A DNA stretch of 63,874 bases, counting the filler, from Atractiella rhizophila (taxonomy: Eukaryota), in assembly GCA_021432655.1 (NCBI GenBank). It is 8 parts of 6 records of this genome, joined end to end, with 100 filler letters (N's around TTAATTAATTAA, not from the genome) between each part and the next. Parts side by side here need not be neighbours in the genome. Positions count along the whole stretch, not along the records: positions 18,967 to 50,641 come from MU271540.1; positions 50,742 to 56,493 come from MU271540.1; 6 more parts are not named here. One strand, written 5' to 3'. This document shows positions 40,884 through 54,900 of the stretch, piece by piece. Made by a program: the position numbers and the translations under genes. The notes under the pieces are model-generated. The model made no database searches. It was not told where the DNA came from and saw nothing but the letters and a program-made list of their open reading frames with translations. Each line of letters opens with the position of its first letter. Positions within the stretch are counted from its first letter, which is position 1.

Positions 40884-41921
40884 ATGCAGCTACTCTTTTT
40901 CCTCCTAGCGCACCTCCTCACGCAGGTTGTCGCACAGTATCCCACACCAACACCAAGTGCGTCTTCATTTGTCTCGAGCACGCCGTGATCGCTGATCAGA
41001 ATTGCCTGTGTGTGCATTTTGTTTTCAGCTGCTTCACCAGTAGCACCGTTACCATCCTCAACTCCCATCGATCACGTAGGATGGACGCGATTTGAACGAA
41101 AGGTTTTGGGTCACGGTATGTCTTCCTTCTATCACTCTTTCTCCTGTAACGTTACTCATTTCTCATTTGTGTATTAAATAGCTATCCTCGGTGGTCTCAC
41201 TTTTACCGTCTTCTCTCCTACCGCTATCCTCATTGCACGTTGGTTCCGCGGCAGTCGCTGGTTCCCCTTCCACGCCTCCCTCCAGACGCTCACCTTTTGC
41301 ACCACTCTCACCGGCTTCGTTCTCATCAACGTAGCTGTTTACGAGAAGGTCCACTACTACGAGATCTGGAACTATGGACCCCATCACCGGATGGGCATCT
41401 TCGTGTTTGGCTTCGTCATGATCCAGTTTTTCCTCGGTGGAGCCGCTTATACGTTCTTGAAACCCATCACGGAAAGGTACAGGAGGATCGTGAACTGGTG
41501 CCATATGGTACTGGGGATCACCATCACCACATTGGGATACATCCAAGGTCCGTCCTTTTCCCTCCCTCCCACATCATCCATTGACCTAAACGATCCAGTT
41601 TACCTCGGCTTCCACCATTGGGAAAACCTCTCGAACCCACGCGAATCTAAACACGTCCCCACCGCCGTCCGTGTCATCTACTGGATCCTCGTCGCTACAG
41701 AGATAACCGTCTACTTCTTGGGAGTTTGGAGGGACAGGAGGAACTATTTCCAACTGCCTGTGCAAGACGGAAGGAGCATAGAACACCTCAATCCCCCTAC
41801 GTCTGCCGATAAGGACAGCTTCGACGCTAAGAGCCCAACTACTGCTACTCCCCTCAACGCCCCACAGCCTTGGTATAACAGGCAGAAGGAAGAGAATTAT
41901 GCTCATCCTACCACTGCTTGA
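40884..41921 (+). CDS. Cytochrome b561 / ferric-reductase-like transmembrane protein with signal peptide
   Basis: MQLLFFLLAHLLTQVVAQ signal. Four heme-ligand His contexts: VLGH-AILG, WFPFHASLQ, PHHRMG and NWCHMVLG. TATAAAA at ~40654. Confidence 0.82.
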
Positions 41922-42469
41922 GAGTGAGATTATTGAGATTGAACTTTGTTGTGGTTTCAGACCTTTTCGGTTGTGTGTTACCTCTGATTCTTTCAAGTGA
42001 ATTGGCATAATCGGTTCTCAAAACAACTAGCAGTACAGTAGTGGTCCAGATTCTTCCTTCAGTTTCTATTCTCCGTTCTCCCCATTGGCATTTCTCGCTT
42101 TTGAGATCATGAAAACGGACGTTTGACGTTGTTCATAACTAATTCTGAACGATTTTCTTCTTTTGGGTGTATGAAGTCCAGTTTCTTAGTAGCGTGGTAC
42201 CAATGATTCATACACCTCACATTACACTACCTACCGCCGTGACTTATCTTTGCGCACTGATGGCCGATCTCTTTCGAACTTGAAGGACTCGTAGCTAGAG
42301 ATATTTAAAAGTGATTGGCGCGTTGGCACACAAATAATGGTTCCGTGATGTTCATTGCTTATGCTTAGTGTGAAGCAGAACACTTGAATCTTTAGAGGGT
42401 ATACGTATGTCATTGGTACACAAGTGATGTTACAAGAAGACAACGATAAGAAAGCACATAAAAAGTTCA

Positions 42470-45400
42470 GGAACTTAGGCAGCCATACGATGCGTATGTA
42501 TTAGGAATATCGAAATGAGGACGTGAGAAGCACGTGTGAAGTACAATAACGAGAAAGGTGTGACTACGCTGAGTCAACGGTGGTCATTGAACAATGCTGC
42601 TACATAAATCATGCTTTACGCCGACACGGGCGCTGCATCCCTATTCTCACCAAGGCGTCAGTTTTTCGTCCACGTCCAGTGAAGCAAGGTAAAGAAAATA
42701 AGACGCACGCCATCTCTTTCCGAATCCTTTTCAAGCTCTCCATCACCGGATCTCGTCCATACCGCCTGGCAGTCCTGAGCGAATTCTCCCTACTCTCATT
42801 GTCTCTATACATCAAGACCGCCCACCGTCTCCATCTGTCCCACTCGTCCGCTCTCCTCATCTCTCTCTCTTCCTCAGTCTCTCCTTTCCTCTCTTCCTCC
42901 GGCACTCCTCGTCTCTTCAGAGGCGGCGGAAGCATCGGAGGCCGTGGTCCGTATTTGTACAAAGAAGGTCCTCGAATGGTCAACGGTCGGTTGGATGGTT
43001 CCCCTTCTTGTTCGTCGTCGGAGGTAGGTTCGACATAGTAACACCGTCGCTTCGTGGCGAGATCAGCAGCACGGGATTCCTTCGTTACGAACCGATAGGG
43101 GAAAGGACGTTCGAGGTTGGGATCAGGCTCTGTAAACTTGGCTACTATAGGCTCAAACACTGTGGGTTCGACCTGGAGAGCGCGTTTGCCCTTCCCTTTC
43201 GAAATGGAGGCGGGATGGAAGATTCTGGATATATTAGGGAAGTAGCCTAAAGAGGACATTCGACCTGGAGTGCCGGGTGTCTTCTGACCAGAGGAGATCG
43301 TAGAGAGAGATTGGGTAGAAGAAATCGTTTTCAACCTTCTCGTCAGGTCTTCCGATGTTGAAGACTGACGTTTTCTCGGTGAAAGTTTCTTGGTTTCCTC
43401 AAGAGACGGAGACGTGGCGGGAGACATCTTCAACTTGGACGCTTTGGTGGGCACAGAACTGGGTTGGCCTTTATCAACCCCATCCGGTTGGAAGTTGAAG
43501 CCACCTGTGATGGGAGCGGTCTTTGGTGTATCAACGTGATTGAATTCGTCGATAATCGCGGTCGCATTCGACAGCGCAGGCGGAAGAGCAATGCTGGTCC
43601 TCTTCATCGATACCATACTTGGGCTTCTGAAGAAAGTTGGAATGGACTTTGTGGACCGTATGCTTGCCGGATGTTCGATCGCAGTATCGTTAGTGGCTAC
43701 AGAAGACGACAGAGTCTGAGACTGTGACTGTGGAGAAGAGACGAGAGCCGCGGGTTTCGATTGAGTGCTGGTGGGAGCTGCGATGATTGGAGAAATGGGA
43801 GCTGGGACGGAGACATGTCTCGGGGGCTGTTCCGATCTTGAACGGCCTAAGGGCATCCGCTCCTTCTGCTCCTTCGGCTTCGGCAAAACAGCGATACGCG
43901 GCTTCTCCTCCTTCCGAGGCTGCTCAACCTTTGGTTCTTCGGACAACACGGGCGACAAAACAGGAAACTCCATCTTTTCAGCACGCGGTGTTCTCGAACC
44001 ATCAATTTTCACAATCGGTGCCGGTACCTGTCTTTTCTCCAATCTCGGTGTCTTGCTCAACGGACTGTCGACCTCTGGCTGAATCGTTGGTCCATCGAAA
44101 CCGAGGATCGTGTTACTTGCCGTCCGCTTTCCCGGTGAGATGGGGAAGAAGCTATCGGGCAAGGGTGGGGGTGGGACGGATTGAGATTCTTGACCATCTT
44201 GCGATTCGTTCTCGATCTCCCACGTTGGCGCGGCGAGAGGAATAGTGATGCTATCCGTTATCGTAGACGAAGGAGGTTTGGGCTTGCCGTTAGGTTTGAC
44301 AGAAGCGGGTTTCGGCTTGGCTGCTGCGGTGACGAAATCCTGGCTCGTTGAAGGAGGAGAGGAAGAAGAGGAAGCGTCTTCTTCCCAACCCTCGTCATCC
44401 ATCGATTCTACGGCTGTGGAACGTCGTGCCATCTTCGTGTGACCTGGGAAAGACAAAATCAGCTTAGTTGCACGATACAAACGGCAGATGATGTGAAAAT
44501 ATAGTGCAGAAACTTGAAGCAGCCGCATCTTTACCCTCTGCACGAGCAACACAAGACTTCCGTGTTTATAGTTGAATGAAACCGATGCGCTCTTTGCAGG
44601 CGCCCTTAATGATGCCCAAGTGTTAGTCACCGCATGACTGGTTTCAGTCAGATGCTGTTGCCTGCTGAAAGAGAACGAACAGCTGAGCATCCTTTGACAC
44701 AGACTGCATTTACTGCAAATCATCTGACGACTAGAAGTACTTGACCCATTTATAGTTGGCATTCAATCCCAACTGAATGAATCCATCAGGCCAAGCTTCA
44801 AGCAAGAATCAGGTGCCCAGTCTTGCACCGAAAACATCCCCAATTGCCACAATCGTACAAATGCAAACACACCACTCACCTTTCTTCTCCCGCCCAGCCA
44901 AATTTCCCGCACTCTTGCTATTCCTATCCCGTTTCTTCAAACCGGCCACATGCTCCGTCGACACATGCGCGCTCGCGAATCGCTTATGCTTCTTTTCATG
45001 CCCATGTGCGTGGACCTGATTCCTAAGGAGGTTTCCAGCCGATTTATTCTTGGGGAAGATCTTGCCACCGTGACCAAGGAACTTAGGCAGCCATACGATG
45101 CGTATGTATTAGGAATATCGAAATGAGGACGTGAGAAGCACGTGTGAAGTACAATAACGAGAAAGGTGTGACTACGCTGAGTCAACGGTGGTCATTGAAC
45201 AATGCTGCTACATAAATCATGCTTTACGCCGACACGGGCGCTGCATCCCTATTCTCACCAAGGCGTCAGTTTTTCGTCCACGTCCAGTGAAGCAAGGTAA
45301 AGAAAATAGGACGCACGCCATCTCTTTCCGAATCCTTTTCAAGCTCTCCATCACCGGATCTCGTCCATACCGCCTGGCAGTCCTGAGCGAGTTCTCCCTA

Positions 45401-47684
45401 CTCTCATTGTCTCTATACATCAAGACCGCCCACCGTCTCCATCTGTCCCACTCGTCCGCTCTCCTCATCTCTCTCTCTTCCTCAGTCTCTCCTTTCCTCT
45501 CTTCTTCCGGCACTCCTCGTCTCTTCAGAGGCGGCGGAAGCATCGGAGGCCGCGGTCCGTATTTGTACAAAGAAGGTCCTCGAATGGTCAACGGTCGGTT
45601 GGATGGTTCCCCTTCTTGTTCGTCGTCAGACGTAGGTTCGACATAGTAGCACCGTCGCTTCGTGGCGAGATCAGCAGCACGGGATTCCTTCGTTACGAAC
45701 CGATAGGGGAAAGGACGTTCGAGGTTGGGATCGGGCTCTGTAAACTTGGCAACTATAGGTTCAAACACTGTGGGTTCGACCTGGAGAGCGCGCTTGCCCT
45801 TCCCTTTCGAAATGGAGGCAGGATGGAAGATTCTGGATATATTGGGAAAGTAGCCTAAAGAGGACATTCGACCAGGAGTGCCGGGTGTCTTCTGACCAGA
45901 GGAGATCGTAGAGAGGGATTGGGTAGAAGAAATCGTTTTCAACCTTCTTGTCAGGTCTTCCGATGTCGAAGACTGGCGTTTTCTCGGTGAATGTTTCTTG
46001 GTTTCCTCAAGAGACGGAGACGTCGCGGGAGACATCTTCAACTTGGACGCTTTGGTGGGCACAGAACTGGGTTGGCCTTTATCGACCCCATCCGGTTGAA
46101 AGTTGAAGCCACCTGTGATGGGAGCGGTCTTTGGTGTATCAACGTGATTGAATTCGTCGATAATTGCAGTCGCATTCGACAACGCAGGCGGAAGAGCAAT
46201 GCTGGTCCTCTTCATCGATACCATACTTGGGCTTCTGAAGAAAGTTGGAATGGACTTTGTGGACCGTATGCTCGCTGGATGTTCGATCGCAGTATCGTTA
46301 GTGGCAACAGAAGACGACAGAGTCTGAGACTGTGACTGTGGAGAAGAGACGAGAGCCGCGGGCTTCGATTGAGTGCTGGTGGGAGCTGCGATGATCGGAG
46401 AGATGGGAGCTGGGACAGAGACATGTCTCGGGGGCTGTTCCGATCTTGACCGCCCTAAGGGCATCCGCTCCTTCTGCTCCTTCGGCTTCGGCAAAACAGC
46501 GATACGCGGCTTCTCCTCCTTCCGAGGCTGCTCAACCTTTGGTTCTTCGGACAACACGGGCGACAAGACAGGAAACTCCATCTTTTCAGCACGCGGTGTT
46601 CTCGAACCATCAATTTTCACAATCGGTGCCGGTACCTGTCTTTTCTCCAATCTCGGTGTCTTGCTCAACGGACTGTCGACCTCTGGCTGAATCGTTGGTC
46701 CATCGAAACCGAGGATCGTGTTACTTGCCGTCCGCTTTCCCGGTGAGATGGGGAAGAAGCTATCGGGCAAGGGTGGGGGTGGGACGGATTGAGATTCTTG
46801 ACCATCTTGCGATTCGTTCTCGATCTCCCACGTTGGCGCGGCGAGAGGAATAGTGATGCTATCCGTTATCGTAGACGAAGGAGGTTTGGGCTTGCCGTTA
46901 GGTTTGACAGGAGCGGGTTTCGGCTTGGCTACTGCGGTGACGAAATCCTGACTCGTTGAAGGAGGAGAGGAAGAAGAGGAAGCGTCTTCTTCCCAACCCT
47001 CGTCATCCATCGATTCTACGGCCGTGGAACGTCGTGACATCTTCGTGTGACCTGGGAAAGACAAAATCAGCTTAGTTGCACGATACAAACGGCAGATGAT
47101 GTGAAAATATAGTGCAGAAACTTGAAGCAGCCGCATCTTTACCCTCTGCACGAGCAACACAAGACTTCCGTGTTTATAGTTGAATGAAACCGATGCGCTC
47201 TTTGCAGGCGCCCTTAATGATGCCCAAGTGTTAGTCACCGCATGACTGGTTTCAGTCAGATGCTGTTGCCTGCTGAAAGAGAACGAACAGCTGAGCATCC
47301 TTTGACACAGACTGCATGTACTGCAAATCATCTGACGACTAGAAGTACTTGACCCATTTATAGTTGGCATTCAATCCCAACTGAATGAATCCATCAGGCC
47401 AAGCTTCAAGCAAGAATCAGGTGCCCAGTCTTGCACCGAAAACATCCCCAATTGCCACAATCGTACAAATGCAAACACACCACTCACCTTTCTTCTCCCG
47501 CCCAGCCAAATTTCCCGCACTCTTGCTATTCCTATCCCGTTTCTTCAAACCGGCCACATGCTCCGTCGACACATGCGCGCTCGCGAATCGCTTATGCTTC
47601 TTTTCATGCCCATGTGCGTGGACCTGATTCCTAAGGAGGTTTCCAGCCGATTTATTCTTGGGGAAGATCTTGCCACCGTGACCA
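42470..47684. repeat. Tandem duplication, unit 2608 bp, about 98% identical
   Basis: ORF pairs are offset by exactly 2608 (42580/45188, 42609/45217, 44777/47385). Junction ...CCGTGACCA|AGGAACTTAGGC at 45076. Confidence 0.97.
42609..45076 (-). pseudogene. Second copy of the same gene lacking promoter and first ~29 codons (or an allelic haplotype)
   Basis: The repeat unit begins inside exon 1. The 717-aa frame remains open. Confidence 0.55.
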
Positions 47685-47770
47685 GTTTGTTGTTGATGTG
47701 GGAGGTGTGCGACATGGGACGAGGAGGAGCTGGTGCTGGTCCCGCGTCGATCCAACTGAGGAGCTGACAT
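45217..47770 (-). CDS. Ser/Pro-rich disordered protein, possibly TORC1 subunit Tco89-like (complete copy; 3' end approximate)
   Basis: First exon MSAPQLDRRG...NKSAGNL (47770), then a large low-complexity exon. The C-terminal ARRYGRDPVMESLKRI resembles the RRxxxPxxESLxR block of Tco89-like proteins (weak, from recall). Confidence 0.55.
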
Positions 47771-48985
47771 TGGCGTCTGCTGCTTGCTTGGATGGGTGGC
47801 TTTGGTGGACCCTAGAACGAGTGGGCTTGTTACAGAATGAGTGGTGATGGTCGTCTTCGATTTTGGGCGTTCTTTGTGCGGAACCGGCCCTTGAGTCCGG
47901 TGAAAACCCGAAATGAAGTCCGAAAGGTCCGGACGCACGATAATCCCAAAGAAAAGATTGGCTCAGGATTATACGATTTGCGCGCTTTGTGCAACCCAGC
48001 GTGGTGTCACCATTGGCATTAGCGACCTCATCGAATGTCCTTATCGACCGACAATCCTTCTTAATTTCGACTGTTTGCGGGTCATATCATCGCTGCCATC
48101 TCGAAATGGGAAATGGGGTTGGAATGGTGCATTCCTCGTAGAGATCTCAATATCGAACGAGATAGAAGACGCTGCGAACTGTTTGGGTACTTATTGCAGT
48201 GCACGGAGAAACGAGACGGCTCAGGAACTGGGGTCTCTTCAAGCTTGAGGGGAAGGCATTTAGTGCTATTCTTCCTTTCGTCGTTGTGACCTGGTCCTAC
48301 GCATCATCGATACTTTCTATTTATAATGGTTATGATTGTTACCCCTGTCTTGCCTGGTTGTCCCATGGCTCTGATGCTGACGCGATGATGGTATCTTCAC
48401 ATTTAGCGATCCCGAAAGCTCTTCCGAAATACTCACAGGTCCCTATACGTGGTACTAGCACCTACCAACTAACGATTAATAACGCACATTCGTGCTGAGA
48501 TATATATATGAGATAAGACTCATCTTTGTTTTTTCTTTCGCTTCTTTCCATATGCTTGCTTGGTCACCGTTCCTCACAATGCTATCCTATGTCATCCACT
48601 CGTTCCTTCATTACCGAAAGACTCGTACTCATGGTGATAACTTGCCCACTTCATCATGTGATGACTCGCTTGTGTACAAGGTCAAATGTTTTCAAAGAGA
48701 GTCAGTTATTACAGTGCGAATATCTAACAGCCGATACCTGCACTATATACTTACAACTAAACCAGAAGTATTAAACCCAAAACGATCATTGTTACCCAAA
48801 AGGAGAAACGACGGACAGAATGAAAGAGCAACACAATAACTTGTACACTTATGCAGCGACCAACGAAAGACGAAGCCCAAATACAGTCGAATACATCAGA
48901 GATAACCAGAACCCAAACCAGACCTCCCACTTCTACTGTAACGTAAGAGTTAGTGCTTTGATTCGAGTATAGTATAGGAGACTCA

Positions 48986-50641
48986 CTAAGACTCATTGTC
49001 AGACGGTAACGGACTATCTAACACCTCCAGAAACGAATCCTCCTGCTTCCTATCCCGCGTGGAGCACGCCATCTCCTTTTTCTTCCTCACCAACCCAAAG
49101 GCCTTCATTGTCCGCTCTTCCTCCGCATTGTCCTTCGCTGAGTCCCTCACGCTGTCCATAGATGGCTGGGCCATCATGGAAAGCGAGGAGAGTTCAGATT
49201 CACTCCCTCCTTCCGTCTCCTTCGTAGACAGCGACCATCTACTCGAGAGAACTACCGGCGGCGGAAGGACGACGGGTAGGTAGGAAAAGTTATCAAAGGA
49301 ATGGACGGAAGGATCATGGGGGAACGGAACCGTGGAGTTGGTCGACCATCGGCTCATGGGTTCCGGTACCTGAAGTCCTTTGTCTGCCTCTCTCTCGACG
49401 TCGTCATGGGCAGAGAAAGGATTGCAGCGGTTCGACGACGAGCCTGGTTTTGTTTGGCGAGATTCGGCGAGGGCGAACGGATGCTTTTCCGCCACAGGGG
49501 ATGTGGAGGGTTGTCTGACAATCGACTGAGACGACCAGAGGGTAGAAGGACGCCATGGTCTCCCTGGAACGTTTGTGGGCGATGCTAGTGGTTCGGGACA
49601 GGCAGAATGGCTGCAGAATGGCTGGGCGTCAGGGATAACGACTACGCAGTTCGGTTTCTGTGACGGTTTTGAGGCTAGGGAAGTTCGATCGGTTGGGGAG
49701 GGAGTGCTAGCGAGGTGGTTGAATTGTCCATCCCCTTGTGCGCGAATACTCTTTCCAAAGGGAAAGCTGCTCTTTGAAATGGTGCGCTTGCTCCGACGCT
49801 GACTGAATATGATTTAGGGAGTCATAGGATGCTCACACTTAGATAAGAGAATGAGGGGTATGGCACTCCAGAAAGGTCTTCCGAACTCCACACCCCAAGC
49901 AATTGCTCCCCAAGTTTGAACAAAGAGCATGAGCAAACCGCTTCTGATGACGAGATTCAAGATGCGCTCCACCGCCTTCGCAGCCTGAGACTGAGACAGT
50001 GCGATTCGAGCCTTCGTATCACGCAATTCAAGGGCAAGAAGTATTGCGAGTCCGAAATCCGTTACCGTTGCGATGATGAGCCACAGGCCGACAAAAATGG
50101 CACGGAGGTGGTTTACGTGAATTTTTAAAGTGAAAGATTTGGTCATCTATCCGTCCCACACCCGTTACAAGTCAGGTTCCCCAATTCATGTGAGAAGAAT
50201 CAAGGGGAAACCTTACGGCGAGATGTGCGGCCGAAGTGAATTTGAAAGTGAGACTTGCACAGATGCCGAAAGCGATCAAGACCATAGAGAGTGCGATTTT
50301 GCACCGTGAGAATTTTGCAAACCTGGCAAACAGGTACGCTCGATAGAGAAGATAGATGGACGATTGCCCTTGGAGGACTCCAGCTAGTACAGAAGCGGCT
50401 ACATCTTCGACTCTCGGCTCGTCAGGGACCCCAGGATCGTTGCGATATATCACCAGAACCTGTCAATTATTTAGCAAAGTTTCATCGTTAGGTTTAGGTG
50501 GTGGACAGCACAACGAACCTTGACTTGTCGACTGATGCGACAGGATGTCTCTGCCAGAGTAAGGAAAACTACGGAGAGCACCATGAGATGAAGCCATCGA
50601 TGATTATTGTAGGTATAGGTGGAGAGGACGGAGCTGAATAA
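48986..50641 (-). CDS. Basidiomycete multi-TM membrane protein, DUF6534-like (5' end in gap)
   Basis: QSSIYLLYRAY, LWLIIATVTDFGLAILLALEL, VERILNLVIRSGLL and IPLILLSK, followed by a disordered Ser-rich tail. Confidence 0.65.
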
Positions 50642-50957
50642 NNNNNNNNNNNNNNNNNNNNNNNNNNNNNNNNNNNNNNNNNNNNTTAATTAATTAANNN
50701 NNNNNNNNNNNNNNNNNNNNNNNNNNNNNNNNNNNNNNNNNTGTCATACGCGTCGCTTAACATCCCGTCTTTCCATTCATTCGCCTCCCGACAGACGTTA
50801 TTTTGCGGGGGCTGCCGTCTTTCTCACGTCCCTCCAGTTTCTGGTTCATGGCGCTGGCTTAAAAGCTGTCAAGGTGTCTCGCCCTTCAATCCAACTTTGG
50901 ACCTTTTCACAACAGTCACGCCACCGGGAAGTTACCATTTCTACGTTATATCCAAGC

Positions 50958-51952
50958 ATGTTTGGATTTTTCAGCGGAGGGGAGAAGGCGGGGGCGACGC
51001 TGGTCGTCACGAAATATCACGAAGCGAAGGGTTGGAACGCGTTGAATCACTATAAGGCGAAGGAAGGAGCCGCAGTGGAAGCATTGAAAGCTTTTGCGAA
51101 ATCGCGTCGTCTGAACATCGTGAGGTTTCCTTCCCAGTTTCCTCCTACTCCAGAGCCGGACCCCAACAATTATCCATTCCTTTGGCTTTCAAATTTTGGT
51201 GGAGACGATTGGGACTCAAGTGTTAACCCGAGATTGGGGATAGACCGAACTGAGGGAGCTCTCCTGGAGGAAGCGTCGATGGCTTACACCGAGTAGAGAT
51301 GTTTGTGTTCTCTCCTTCCTCCTTGCCACCTTTCCTGATTCCTTGGATGGAACAGACCGACGCAAACCCGTTCGAACTGGTTGTCTCCAGGTCTCCTTCT
51401 CCTACTCCACCACCTCGAGATCCGTATGACTACAGGTCCATTCTCACGGGTCATCGAGCTATGGCTTATCCCGACATCCATGATGGATTGTCTATCCATG
51501 AGATCGAAGCGGGCTGGGGCAGACGAGCGGTCGAGGAAGTGAAACTCAGAAATCCTTACCAACCAATAGTGATGGTTGAGTGGAGGCTGAAGAAGGGTAG
51601 GAAGCTCCCTGACCCTGTGGAATCCGGCGGGGAAGAGATACCTTACAATCCTATCCTTGGAAGGAACTGGAGAAAAACGAAGGTGGTGATGGTTCGAGGG
51701 GACAATGGGAAGGAGGTGCAACTAAACTCACCTAGCTTTGCTTCTGAAAGTTCGCCGTTCCGCTCTCAAGAAAATGAGGTATTAATGAATGATCGCGTGC
51801 AGAGACGAAGATCGAGAAGGAAAGATCGAGGAAGACAACGGGCAAAGAGAAAGAAGAAGCTCACGCCGGACTCTCCAGCCCACCTATCCAAAGGGATATT
51901 CCAGCGGCGTCGACCTCTGCTTCCGCCGGAGAACCCAGAGGTTTTAGCCTAG
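50958..51952 (+). pseudogene. Unknown protein in two adjacent frames (frameshift or stop near 51296)
   Basis: Two protein-like ORFs (to 51296 and 51299-51952) abut in different frames with no intron-sized spacer. No family recognised. Confidence 0.35.
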
Positions 51953-54900
51953 TACAATAACTGCCTCCCTAGTTCTGCTTGTGTTAACACGCGTAGCTAC
52001 GTCACGAGAGGCGAGACCAAGCAGAACAGAAGGAGTAGAAAGGGAAAAGTATGGGGAAGAAGCACACGTAGTACTTTGGACTACCGAATGCGCAAAATAC
52101 GTCAGCAATCGTCCTAGACCTAAGTACTAGTCGAGCAAAGACGATCGATTTGTGGTGGCGAGTGCTGCCGTCTAGTAGAAGCCTGAGCGTCACAGCCTAA
52201 AGAAGGTACAGGCAGAGGTAGGAGAGGAGTCAGGGTTCTAATAAGTAAGACTGTAACACAACGACCCAATCCGTGAGAGTCAGAAACGAGGCTGGCAACG
52301 GTGAGAGCGAGCGTTACCTACCTGGTACGGACGACCACGTCGGACATGGCAGAGGCCAATGTGCATAGTTCAGAAGCAAGAGCGCAGTCGTAAGACCTGA
52401 AACGACATGCAAATGACGAGGTGCCATTAGCAGTCAGATTCCATGAACCCTTAAGGCTTTGTTTATCACAGCGGTAAACGTGGATGATGGAAGAGAGTTT
52501 GGGCAAAAGGTAGCAGACGCTCGAGAACGTGCTACCTTCCTTCATGCACGGGAAGGAAACCGATGAATAGATGCATAAAACGAAGCAGATACGACCATAA
52601 CCGACCCCTGACATACCCATGTCAAGAACGAACTGGAATAGTGCCACAACCGACTTGCCATGCGTCTATAAGTGGACACCCTCCGCCCTAGACGTTGATA
52701 CCCCAGTTGAGACCTACCATACCGTGCGACCGTGATAAGCATGGTTCCAATCGTTTAGCTCTTTCTTAGATTACGTCTGGTCTTACGACTTTGAAACAAC
52801 TTGTCCTGTTAGTAGAAGGAGGAGCAGTAATCGTAGATACAGATGGAGAAGACGAAGAAGGCAGCCTCTCGGTTATTAAAATTACTTCTTCCTTTGTGCC
52901 GTCATCGACGACGGTTTTGAGTTACTTCCGACGTGTGGAGGTTGGTTGCCACGCTTGCTATTGTTCTTGACGGAGAAGCTAGGTAGAATGTGGAATCGCT
53001 TGTGCAGTAGAGTAGAACTATAGTGTTACCCACTTTATTCGTATCTTTCTGAACTAAGATTACGAAGACCACAGTCCCTACGGTCCCTGTCAGTTCGATG
53101 CAACCACCTACCGCGACAACTAGGAGTTAACTTCCGACCCTTCCACCTTACCTCGCTATTAGATGAGTTATTTGCTGTCCCCAGAAGAAAAGGAAGGTGT
53201 AGCTTGGACTTAGGTAGCGGTATGGTTGCGCAGCGTCAGAGCGTTTCATGGAAAAGAGGCGAAGGGTAATAGCGTTCCAACTGTAGGAGTAGGTAGGAGC
53301 GAGGAGTTGCCGGCTGTGAATGGCGAGAAAGCAACTGAAGGTGGCAGCCACGATGGTACAGGAATCGGAGGTGTCAACTCGTCGGTCATTAAGTTTCCTC
53401 CGCATGCCTGATGCGCGAGCTAAAACCTCCCTCCCGAGTTGGACTCTTACACTTGCCTCGCCTCTTCCTCTCCTCTCCTTCAGTACTCTTCTCTAACTGG
53501 CGTTACCTCCAATTAGCCTCCCACAGCGATAACTACTAAGAAATGGGACACCGACATTCGGTAAAGAAGGGACGGAAGAGAGAGAGAAAGTAACTGAATT
53601 AGACATAACTTTTACTGAACCCTGCCCGTCATGGAGCACTAAAAGAGTCAGTCAGAGCGCTTCTACTAGATACTCGAACGAACCCTGGTATTGGAAGTAA
53701 TAGAGAGGCGTTAGCGGGCTAAGGAGTAGAAGTCGGTTCCAAACTATCTACGACACTCAATAAGCGAGGGAGGTGGAAGAGAAAACAGGTACTTGATTAA
53801 GAAGTGTCCAGTAAATGCAACCGCAGCTTCGTCGAAAGTTTTTCCGCTACCGTAGCTCAAGCTCAACTAACGCATTAGCATGCTATTAGATCTACCGCAT
53901 AGCTACCAAAACCCCTAGTGACTCTCTTTCTAATACCTGGAAAGCAGAAAAAAGGCAAACATGTGGCGAAAGTTGATACAAGACGTTACATTTTAACACT
54001 TCTGGGCTGACACTGCTCGAGTTGTAATGATGATACGGTGATTCTACAATAAAGAACGATAGTTGTCAGTGATCAGTGGCACGACTCAACGATGTCTGTC
54101 CGATTTAGCATAGTGTCTTGTTTGCGTTTGTCTATTTCAGCGACGTAAGACTTGCTATAGCCTTGGTTAAACTTGCCTGGTCGACTCTCTTTTCTTGCTT
54201 CTCTACCGAGCGTATTTTTGTTGTACTTGACTTGCCTATTGTGCGATAAATGCGGGAATTTTGAATTTGCCGTTTCGAATGCGGTGATTAAAACACATGT
54301 TGTTGTGAGCAAAGCTTTCTTCTATTTTCTCTTGTTCTTAAGCTTTTGCTAACAGGTTGGTTAGCCTTGTTTCGTGTTAGTTGACGCTAAGTGACAGTAG
54401 AAGGCGTAGGTGAAGAAGGTAGCGTATCGTAGGTTATATCTCTCGAAAATGTTGGAGATTTCGTTTGCTGGGTCTAAGCGCGTGGTTTGTGCTAAGCTCT
54501 TCTTATTTTAGTGGCTAGGGTAAGTCCGGGATTTTCCTTGAAGTGGAAGTCGAAGTCGTAGTTCAAGTCAGAGTCTTAGGCCTCCCGACCCTATAGGCTA
54601 ATTCAGTCCCTGCTAACGAAGCCAGCAGGAAACAGGCTAGGAGAGCACCTTCAGTCTTCGTTATAGAACTTACCGAAAGAGGAACGAGAAGGGGAAAGGG
54701 AAGCTTCTTCAAGGAAACCGCCAGACCTTAGAATTTAGGGAGGAGGGATTACGTTGGAAAGATCCAAATTGGGCTCTTCCTCACTCAAACTGCGCCTATC
54801 GCGCTCTCCCTCTGCGTCACACCTACTAAGGAAGACACAGCTGCCTGCACTACACCGTTCCATATCAGCTTACGAGGAAGAGGCTGCCTGACGCCACCCC

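Noticed and set aside
44440..44762. N-terminal 110 aa of the 717-aa ORFs (also 47048-47370) taken as the true start
   Set aside because: They read through probable introns. The real first exon appears to start at 47770.
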